DNA from: Eledone cirrhosa
Taxonomy: Eukaryota
Length of the DNA: 64,000 bases
Direction of reading: 5' to 3'
Assembly: GCA_964016885.1 (NCBI GenBank)
Contig: OZ024754.1
Span: 22,258,001-22,322,000, forward strand
Shown: in pieces, positions 39,301 through 49,007 of the stretch
Position numbering within the stretch: the first letter of the stretch is position 1
Layout: the number at the start of each line of letters is the position of its first letter
Notes under the pieces: generated by a model
Databases searched by the model: none
The model's input: the letters and a program-made list of their open reading frames with translations, nothing else
What the model was told of the DNA's origin: nothing
Position numbers and translations under genes: made by a program

Positions 39301-39939
39301 ACCACCTTAAGCAATTGGAGCGTTTCCATCAGATGTGTCTCATACGGATCCATGGCGTTCACTGGAGGGACCACATCAGTGATGTCGAGATTTTGGAGTA
39401 ATAAATGGAGAAAGACTGTATATGAGGGAAAAGTTGCCTTTGAGGCATCTCGAATCGCATACGAGAAAGTAAAGCGGGATGTGAGGAAGGGCATTGCTGT
39501 TGCAGTTCCAGACGGCGAGGGTCCTCCTATGGTGCTGACATGCAGCGTATGTGCGAGACTCTGCCTATGCAAAGCTGGACTCGAAAGTCATCTTCGCAGT
39601 CATAAAGTAAGACCAGTGGTTGACTACCAGGCTGCTGTTGGAGATGCTACTCTCCATGCTTGCCAAACATGTGGTAGAGAATGTAAATCAGCAGGAGAGC
39701 TCAAGCGACATGCAAAAGTACACAAACTCCAGCCACAGCCGACTATTCCCAGTAAATGTTTTGGTTGCCGACTCTGTGCAAGACATTTTAGATCATTGGC
39801 TGGGCTAAAAAGCCACATTCGATCGCAGCGCTGTTAGTTGCTATCGTGTGTGTGTGTATATATATATGTATATTATTATTGTTGTCGTTATTATTATTGT
39901 TGTTATTGTTATTAATGTATGTGTGTGTGTATATGTGTG

Positions 39940-39971
<32 letters not shown>

Positions 39972-39994
39972 CTTCATTTTTTTTTTTTTCTTTT

Positions 39995-40027
<33 letters not shown>

Positions 40028-40082
40028 TTTTTCTTTCTCCTCGTGCAATGGCCATACTCGATAACGAGGGGTCAGCCATCAT
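36375..40082 (+). mobile_element. Near-full-length BovB-like RTE LINE with internal deletions
   Basis: APE domain (LGCWNVRTL..RPERRTALVAKEL..DIVALSETRL, GDFNARVG, LDYVL), RT (FVDLTKAFD, GVKQG, LYADD), three C2H2 fingers and a microsatellite-rich 3' UTR with a terminal hairpin. Confidence 0.92.
36616..39837 (+). pseudogene. RTE APE-RT-C2H2 ORF, frameshifted
   Basis: Split across ORFs 36616-37224, 37214-38977 and 38854-39837. One frameshift is a 23-bp tandem duplication at 38809-38854. Confidence 0.9.
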
Positions 40083-40091
40083 ATATGTATG

Positions 40092-40124
<33 letters not shown>

Positions 40125-40262
40125 ATATGTATATATATGTATGTATGTATATATGTATATATATATATGTATGTATGTATATATGTATATATATATATGT
40201 ATGTATGTATATATGTATATATATATATGTATGTATGTATATATGTATATATATATATGTAT

Positions 40263-41018
40263 GCTAGGGAAAGGATCAGGGGTGTATAACACTCCACTTA
40301 TCCAGCAGGCAGTATGAGGTTAGCTCAATGTCTGAGGACAGAGCCGTAATATAATAAATAAATAACAAAGAACGCTTATAGCATATGCATATCTTTACTT
40401 GCTAACATTGTTTCATCCACACTATAAGTGGGACTCATCAGAGCATAAAGGTTAAATTACATACCATACAAGCAATAACAAATCCAAGACATTGAAGAAT
40501 GAAAGGTAATAATAGACGATAGAGGATAAGAATAAAAAGTAAATAAAAATAAAAATAAAAGTGAAAATAAAAATAAAATAAAAATAAGGGGTGCTATCTG
40601 TCACAGTTGGGCGGTGTGCTGTCAACATATAGTTACATACAAGCATACACATGGATAAGAGAACAGACAAGAGTAGACACATGGATAAGAGAACAGACAA
40701 GAGTAGATAAGATAATGGGATTAGGTAAGAGTAGGTAAAAAATAGGTAAAAAACAGACTTATAATATATATAAAAAGAAATACAAAGAAATACATAACAA
40801 ACTTACATATAAAATATAAAATATAGGGTAAGGAATGAGATAAAATAATATACAATTAAAAATTAAAAATTATATACATAGAACATAATATAGTATAATC
40901 GTAAAATAAGATAAAATAAGGTAAACTAAAATCAAATAACATAGACTAAATTAAAATTAAAATCAAATGTGTAATTATAATTATATGTATAATTATAATT
41001 AAATGTAATTAAATGTAA

Positions 41019-41054
<36 letters not shown>

Positions 41055-43515
41055 AAATTAAAAATTAAATAAATAAATAAAATTTAAATTTAAATTTTAA
41101 AATTTTAAAAATTAAAATCTAAATTTAAATATAAATAAATAAATAAATAAATAAATGGAGTCAAGTAAGTAAATAAATAAAATTAGATAACATGAAATGA
41201 AATAAAATAAAATGAAATAAAGTAAATTGAGATAAGATATATATTTTTTTAAAGTATATCTCTTGAATATATCAGGGGCCCACGAAGGCACTAAATGTCA
41301 CAGTTATGTGTATCACTTGACCAATTTTTCAAAATACATTTCTTGAAAACATCAGGGGCCCACGAAGGCACTAAGTGTCACAGTCACCAGTATCACTTGA
41401 CCATTGCAAGGCAATGGAGGCGTCCCGGGTTGGGCAGTCTCGAAAGTTCACTCGAAAGTCATGGGTGTGCATTCACACAGTTGAGCGGTGGGGTAATCAC
41501 AAACCGGTTCACACACCAATTTTTTAAAAATATATATTTCTTGAGAACATCAGGGGCCCACGAAGGCGCTAAGTGTCACAGTTACCAGTATCACTCGAGC
41601 GGTGGGGTAATCACAAACCGGTTCAACACGGGTAGGAGTCAAATGGTCAGAAAGGTGCATCAAAAGAGTTAGAAGAATTCACATGCAAGCGTTAGGTTAA
41701 AGCAAGCAGGTACAGTTGTAGCGCATGCAAAATACAAAATATAAAAGCCATTAAGTCACCGCATTGGGACATCACAAGATTGTACACATCAATATGTACA
41801 GTACGTATATGCACGTATACACACCACATGCACATGCAGAGACGGTATACATATATATATATATATATTTTTTTATATATATACACACAGACACATATAA
41901 CCACCTACACCCATACACATATAAATGTATACACGGGCACACACGCACACACACACAGCGTAGGATACCCGGGTCAAAGTCGATATTAAATACGATATTA
42001 AATACAATATTAAATATTAAACACCGAAATACCACATTAGATCAGACCCACCACCACAGGTAATATATTCAAACAAATACATACGATGAGATGTATTAAA
42101 ATACAGTTGAAATCCTACGGAGATATTCATGTCTGCACGTGCCATTGACCGATTCGAGTGTACACAGACCGTTAGTAACTACGGAGGGCCATCGGGGCCA
42201 AAACGTTACTTTCGGGATCATAAAAACGACCGTCAATATAAGGAAGGCCGATCGTGCTAGAAAGACTACAACCCCGGGTAAGAGTTCCCAGAGGTCAGCC
42301 TATAGATCTTGAACCACAAAATATGAGGGCAACACATATATGCGCCACGTATCCACTGCTTACGGCAGGATGGCTCGGGTCCGCCACAGTTACAGGCTAA
42401 ATTTCTACTAGTGCAGCCTAAATCACAGTATACGCTTTACGGGACGCCTCCATTGCCTTGCAATGGTCAAGTGATACTGGTGACTGTGACACTTAGTGCC
42501 TTCGTGGGCCCCTGATGTTTTCAAGAAATGTATTTTGAAAAATTGGTCAAGTGATACACATAACTGTGACATTTAGTGCCTTCGTGGGCCCCTGATATAT
42601 TCAAGAGATATACTTTAAAAAAATATATATCTTATCTCAATTTACTTTATTTCATTTTATTTTATTTCATTTCATGTTATCTAATTTTATTTATTTACTT
42701 ACTTGACTCCATTTATTTATTTATTTATTTATTTATATTTAAATTTAGATTTTAATTTTTAAAATTTTAAAATTTAAATTTAAATTTTATTTATTTATTT
42801 AATTTTTAATTTTTATTTATTTATTTCTTTATTTATTTATTTATTTAATTACATTTAATTACATTTAATTATAATTATACATATAATTATAATTACACAT
42901 TTGATTTTAATTTTAATTTAGTCTATGTTATTTGATTTTAGTTTACCTTATTTTATCTTATTTTACGATTATACTATATTATGTTCTATGTATATAATTT
43001 TTAATTTTTAATTGTATATTATTTTATCTCATTCCTTACCCTATATTTTATATTTTATATGTAAGTTTGTTATGTATTTCTTTGTATTTCTTTTTATATA
43101 TATTATAAGTCTGTTTTTTACCTATTTTTTACCTACTCTTACCTAATCCCATTATCTTATCTACTCTTGTCTGTTCTCTTATCCATGTGTCTACTCTTGT
43201 CTGTTCTCTTATCCATGTGTATGCTTGTATGTAACTATATGTTGACAGCACACCGCCCAACTGTGACAGATAGCACCCCTTATTTTTATTTTATTTTTAT
43301 TTTCACTTTTATTTTTATTTTTATTTACTTTTTATTCTTATCCTCTATCGTCTATTATTACCTTTCATTCTTCAATGTCTTGGATTTGTTATTGCTTGTA
43401 TGGTATGTAATTTAACCTTTATGCTCTGATGAGTCCCACTTATAGTGTGGATGAAACAATGTTAGCAAGTAAAGATATGCATATGCTATAAGCGTTCTTT
43501 GTTATTTATTTATTA
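40263..43515 (-). mobile_element. Hammerhead-bearing Penelope-like element 4 with no recognisable ORF; arms about 40349-41427 and 42440-43515 are inverted
   Basis: Near-perfect inverted repeat of about 1.08 kb around a 1-kb spacer, with a hammerhead at each outer end. Confidence 0.75.
43422..43467 (+). ncRNA. Type I hammerhead ribozyme; second copy on the - strand at about 40399-40445
   Basis: TGCT CTGATGA GTCCCACTTATAGTGTGGAT GAAAC AAT GTT AGCA. Confidence 0.85.
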
Positions 43516-44032
43516 TATATATATATGTATGTATATATATATATAACATCTCTGCTGATACATGGGAAAATATTGCTGCTGATCGTAATAAATGGAGAAA
43601 GACTGTATATGAGGGAAAAGTTGCCTTTGAGGCATCTCGAATCGCACACGAGAAAGTAAAGCGGGACGTGAGGAAGGGTATTGCTGTTGCACTTCCAGAC
43701 GGCGAGGGTCCTCCTATGTTTCTGACATGCAGCGTCTGTGCGAGACTCTGCCTAAGCAAAGCTGGACTCGAAAGTCATCTTCGCAGTCATAAAGTAAGAC
43801 CAGTGGTTGACTACCAGGCTGCTGTTGGAGATGCTACTCATCATGCTTGCCAAACATGTGGTAGAGAATGTAAATCAGCAGGAGGACTCAAGCGACATGC
43901 AAAAGTACACGAACTCCAACCACAGCCGACTATTCCCAGTAAATGTTTTGGTTGCCGACTCTGTGCAAGACATTTTAGATCATTGGCTGGGCTAAAAAGC
44001 CACATTCGATTGCAGCACTGTTAGTTGCTATC

Positions 44033-44070
<38 letters not shown>

Positions 44071-44297
44071 GCTTATGTGCGTGCGTGTGTGTGTATATAT
44101 ATATGAATATGTATATTATTATTGTTGTTGTCGTTATTATTATTATTATTATTATTATTATTGTTATTAATGTATGTGTGTATATATGTGTGAGTGTATG
44201 TGTATGTATGTGTGTGTGTATATATGTATGTATGTGTATGTATGTGTGTGTGTATATATATGTGTATATATATATGTATGTATATGTGTGTGTATAT

Positions 44298-46566
44298 CAT
44301 CATCATCATCATCACCGTTTTACGTCCGTTCTTCCACGCTAGCATGGGTTAGACGGGTTGTCCTGTTGTGGGCAGTGTCTGGTCGGCTGACCATGCCTTG
44401 CTCATACAGGAACTGATCTGGCTTGATTTCTACAGCTGGATGCCCTTCCTAACACCAACCTCATTTACAGTGAGTGCTGGGTGCTTTTTCGTGGCGCCTA
44501 CACGTCCACTTTACAGTGTGGGCTGGGTGCTTTTTTGCCGTGGCACCTCCACGACCACCTTGCGGTGGGGGGGGGGGGGCATATTGTTTATATGCTTCAG
44601 CATGTACCCATGGGAGGTCGGGTACCCTGTATTACTGCGTGACGCCAGAAGTCACGGTCGTGTGTCATTGACTTTGAGAGGTGTAGTTGGGTAAGGTCGG
44701 CTTTTATCACCTCATCCCAAGTCATCTTGGGTCTCCCCACTCCGCGGTTTCCATCAACTTCTAGTGCTCTGCACCTTTTTATGCAGCTGTCATCCTTCAT
44801 ACGCATCACATGTCCATACCAGCGTAACCGCCTCTCCTGCACGCAGCATTTGATTCCTCTTATGCTCAGTCTCTCTCTCAATTCATTTATGCTTTGTCGT
44901 TCACGTATATTACTGTTACACATCCATCGGAGCATGCAGGCTTCGTTTCTCTCTAATCTACGTAAGTCTTCCACCTTCAGCGCCCAGGTCTCACTACCAT
45001 GCAACATCGCTGTTCGGATACACGCATCATACAGTCTGCCTTTCATTCTGAGGGAGAAGCCTTTTGCAGCTAGCAGTGGTAGTAGTTCCCTAAACTTCTT
45101 CCATCCCGTTCTTACCCTAGTTATTGTACTTTCTGAGCACCCACCTCCGTTGCTAATTCGGTCACCTAGGTAGCAGAAGCTGTCTACTGTTTCTACAGGG
45201 CCCTCCCAGAGATTGGTGGTACTTGTTTCCTGTGGCTGTTTGCTTGCTGTTTCAGCACAGCTGCTGCATGTGAATCCTACATTCTTAATTAAGCTTCCTG
45301 AGATCCCGCTACATCTCTTGTGTACCCATTGTTTGCATTTGGGGCAAAGAATGGAGTTCCTACCTACACCTTTCCTACATACTGAGCAAGGCCATTTCCC
45401 TGAGGGGATCTGGGTTCTGTTTTCTCGTCTACTTATAAGGACCTTAGTCTTTGTCATGTTGACTTTGAGGCCCTTTCTCTCTAGTCCCTGCTTCCAGGTT
45501 TGGAATTTATTCTCTAGTTCTACCATAGATTCAGCTATGAGTGCGAGGTCATCAGCATACAGGAGTTCCCATGGGCATCCGGTCTTAAACTCCTCCGTTA
45601 TTGCCTGCAGGACTATGATGAACAGGAGAGGGCTAAGAACAGAGCCCTGGTGGACCCCAACCTGTACGCTAAATTCCTCGCTATACTCATTGCCAATCCT
45701 AACTTTGCTGACTGCTCCCCTATACATGGCTTGTACCGCTTTCACAAGCCATTCATCTACTCCTAGTTTTCTAAGAGCCCACCAGATTACTGCACGTGGA
45801 ACTCTGTCAAAGGCTTTCTCAAGGTCGACAAATGCCAAGTAGAGTGGCTTACTTTTAGCTAGGTACTTTTCCTGTAATTGCCTCACAAGGAAGAGCGCAT
45901 CAGTGGTGCCTTTCCCTGGAACAAACCCAAATTGCATCTCGTCTATATTCACCCGGTCCCTAATCAGCTGTGCTATAACTCTTTCTGTTACTTTCATGAC
46001 CTGGTCCATCAACTTTATACCTCTATAGTTTCCTCTATCTAGTGCATCGCCTTTACCTTTGTAGCAGTTGACAATGATGCTACTGCACCAATCTTTTGGT
46101 ATGGCCCCCTCTAGTATTACCTGGTTAACGATACGTGTGGTTATAGTGTGACCTACAGACCCAGATGCCTTCAGCATCTCGGCAGCTATACCCGATGGAC
46201 CGGTTGCCTTCCCTATCTTCATATCTCTGATTGCCTTACTTACTACGCTGCCGCTGACTTGTACTGCTGGTCCCTCTATAGGGTCTACGTGGGGTAGGGT
46301 CTCTTCTTCCCATGCATTCTCCTCATTTAGTAATCTATCATAATGACTCTTCCATGCATCTTTCTTCTCAGCACTTGTGAGGGCAAGCTCACCTTTATCA
46401 TTCCGGATACACTTCTCTCCAATGACATCACAACTATCTCTGACACACTGCCTCGCAATCTTGAATACCTCCTGTTTCTGGTCCTCACGTTGTAAAACAT
46501 GCTTGAATTTTCTATCCTCTGCTTCCCTCCTAGCTAAGTATACTTGTCGTCTAGCTTCCCTCTTGG
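44298..46566 (-). mobile_element. 5'-truncated RTE LINE (subfamily A) with (GAT)n tail
   Basis: Uninterrupted RT ORF and complete 3' UTR. Confidence 0.95.
44597..46222 (-). CDS. RTE reverse transcriptase (partial ORF, no endonuclease) with an internal C4HC3 finger
   Basis: A 541-aa open frame with [34 protein letters not shown] and FCYLGD. Confidence 0.85.
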   Translation of the reverse strand: MKIGKATGPSGIAAEMLKASGSVGHTITTRIVNQVILEGAIPKDWCSSIIVNCYKGKGDALDRGNYRGIKLMDQVMKVTERVIAQLIRDRVNIDEMQFGFVPGKGTTDALFLVRQLQEKYLAKSKPLYLAFVDLEKAFDRVPRAVIWWALRKLGVDEWLVKAVQAMYRGAVSKVRIGNEYSEEFSVQVGVHQGSVLSPLLFIIVLQAITEEFKTGCPWELLYADDLALIAESMVELENKFQTWKQGLERKGLKVNMTKTKVLISRRENRTQIPSGKWPCSVCRKGVGRNSILCPKCKQWVHKRCSGISGSLIKNVGFTCSSCAETASKQPQETSTTNLWEGPVETVDSFCYLGDRISNGGGCSESTITRVRTGWKKFRELLPLLAAKGFSLRMKGRLYDACIRTAMLHGSETWALKVEDLRRLERNEACMLRWMCNSNIRERQSINELRERLSIRGIKCCVQERRLRWYGHVMRMKDDSCIKRCRALEVDGNRGVGRPKMTWDEVIKADLTQLHLSKSMTHDRDFWRHAVIQGTRPPMGTC

Positions 46567-46654
46567 TCTCTATATATATATCTATATATATGGTCTCTAT
46601 ATATATATATATATATATATATCTTTTCCCTTTTTTTTTTTTTTTTTTTTTTTT

Positions 46655-46705
<51 letters not shown>

Positions 46706-46792
46706 TTTTTATTTATTTATTTTTATTTTTATTTTTTTTTTTTTTTTTTATTGTGCAATGGCCATACTCGATAACGAGGGGGCAGCCATCAT

Positions 46793-47264
46793 ATATATAT
46801 ATGTATGTATGTATATATATATATGTATGTATGTATATATGTATATATATATGTATGTATGTATATATGTATATATATATGTATGTATGTATATATGTAT
46901 ATATATATGTATGTATGTATATATGTATATATATATATGTATGTATGTATATATGTATATATATATATGTATGTATGTATATATGTATATATATATATGT
47001 ATGTATGTATATATGTATATATATATATGTATGTATGTATATATGTATATATATATATATGTATGTATGTATATATGTATATATATATATATATGTATGT
47101 ATATATGTATATATATATATATGTATGTATATGTATATGTATGTATATATATATATATGTATGTATATATATATATGTATGTATGTATATATATATATAT
47201 ATATATGTATGTATATATATATATATATATATGTATGTATATATATATATATGTATGTATATAT

Positions 47265-47305
<41 letters not shown>

Positions 47306-47415
47306 TATATATATGTATGTATATATATATGTATGTATATATGTATGTATATATATATGTATGTATATATGTATGTATATATATATGTATGTATATATAT
47401 ATGTATATATATATA
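46793..47415. repeat. (TA)n/(TATG)n array containing a 30-bp unit shared with 40083-40262
   Basis: ATATATATGTATGTATGTATATATGTATAT is repeated in both arrays. Confidence 0.9.
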
Positions 47416-47629
47416 GGAATGATCGACTTTCGTCAAATCGGACCGAGGGAACAATGTTTCCGTTGGTCTTTCCAATTGCTAATACTATCTATCGGTCGCA
47501 ACTCCAGGTAGAAGGAGCAACGTGAAATAAAGTGTCTTGCTCAAGGACATAACGCATCGCCTGGTCCAGGAATCGAACTCACAACCTTACGATTGCGAAT
47601 CCAATTCTCTAACCACTCAGCCACATACG
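47416..47629 (-). mobile_element. tRNA-derived SINE with CORE-like segment
   Basis: The reverse complement has A box TGGCTGAGTGG, B box GAGTTCGATTCC and TGTCCTTGAGCAAGACACTTTATTTCACGTTGCTCC, and ends TCATTCC(TA)n. Confidence 0.85.
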
Positions 47630-47855
47630 CATCACGTGACCATACCAACGTAGTCTTCTCTCGAGTAAACAACATCTGATCCCTCTTATTTCTAATTTTT
47701 CCCTTAGTTCGTTTATGCTTTGCCGTTCACGTATATTACTATTACACATCCATCGGAGCATGCAAGCTTCGTTCCTCTCTAGTCTGCGTATATCCTCTGC
47801 ACACAATGCCCAGGTCTCACTGCCATGCAACATTGCTGTTCGTATGCAGGCATCC
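47627..47855 (-). mobile_element. Internal RTE fragment (subfamily B)
   Basis: DACIRTAMLHGSETWALCAEDIRRLERNE...RWYGHVMR. Confidence 0.92.
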
Positions 47856-47923
47856 GAGTTCCATGTATTTTATTATGCGCATTTCAAAAACAAACATCAT
47901 CATGCAATAATATTTGTGTTTTC

Positions 47924-48966
47924 GATACGAAAATCCATTCGACAAAGGTGGGCGGGCACCGATTTGGAGATTCTGTTGCAAATGAAACCGGAGAGAATCT
48001 CCAAAATACCCGAAAGAGTCGTTATTGATAATAACAACAAAATAAACATTTCGGTAGAAGGAAGAAAATTTCACTGCTTTCGCTGTGGTAGCACATCTCA
48101 CCTAAAAGCCTCTTGTCCACAAACACACAACAGCAACATCATAAAAAAAAAACGCTATTACCAACACCAACACCAAAACAACCACCACCACCACCACAAG
48201 TACAACGACAGACGAAACGAGCAACCACACCAAAACAAACAGACACTCAACCAACAACAACAGAAAAAACAGAGACAACACCCCTGAAGAACACATCCCC
48301 ACTCCATCAAACACTACCACAAACACACATACCGAAACACCACCACCACCACACAACATACCCTTACCCCACACACCTGACGATGATTATTCATCGACGG
48401 ATGAAGCTGCTTCTCCTTCTTTAAGTGAAGAAGAGGGAGAACCGCGGAAATCCAAAAAACAAAAAAAGAGACACCACAAAACCCCCAAAACTCCAATCAC
48501 CAACACACAACCACAGACACGAACAACAACACAAACAACACCACAGTCAAACACCCCCCTATCAGCAAAACCAGCACCAACACCACCCCAAACACAAGCA
48601 CCCACCATAAAAAGAAAACTCCCAGATGAACAACAAACTAAAACAATACAACAAAAACACAAACAACAATACGCATACATCAACACAAACAACAAGAGTT
48701 TGATGGAGGTCATCTCCCAAAACCCCAAGGTGGAGACGGAGGGCAAAACTTTCGTCAAGGCAGAATCGTCTCCACACCTTAAACTTATAAGGGTTTCTAT
48801 GGAAACCTATAAAGACCTGAAAATTAAATTTTCACAGGACGTGGGCAACCCCTGCCACAAACCCATCAACCGCGTCCTGTTGAAAGGTTTCCCCACCCCA
48901 CCCAACACCCCATCCAGCACCCAAATGGAGATTGAACAACCCGATCTCCAGGAAACGAAAAGGTAA
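47924..48966 (+). pseudogene. ORF1 remnant with CCHC zinc knuckle and T/P/Q/K-rich tail
   Basis: VEGRKFHCFRCGSTSHLKASC. It is 5'-truncated and frameshifted, for example at the A-run near 48143-48152. Confidence 0.8.
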
Positions 48967-49007
48967 GTGCACCTTTCGTCCTTTTTCTCCAACTTTTCTT
49001 CACCAAC

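Larger units (their letters stand above)
43545..46792 (+). mobile_element. 5'-truncated second BovB-like RTE copy; its 3' UTR is interrupted by the RTE-A insertion
   Basis: 43583-44033 matches 39397-39846. The poly-T/(TTA)n 3' UTR and the terminus GCAATGGCCATACTCGATAACGAGGG.GCAGCCATCAT resume at about 46600-46792. Confidence 0.85.

Noticed and set aside
39530-39837. Host C2H2 zinc-finger gene
   Set aside because: It is in frame with the RTE ORF and is followed by the element's 3' UTR in both copies.
40349-43515. DNA transposon or foldback element with long TIRs (also 21775-24125)
   Set aside because: The arms end in hammerhead motifs, one arm extends beyond the other, and there is no TSD or transposase. 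This fits inverted PLE pLTRs better.
47540-47629. tRNA gene
   Set aside because: A and B boxes are present, but the sequence continues into a SINE body and no convincing acceptor stem is visible.
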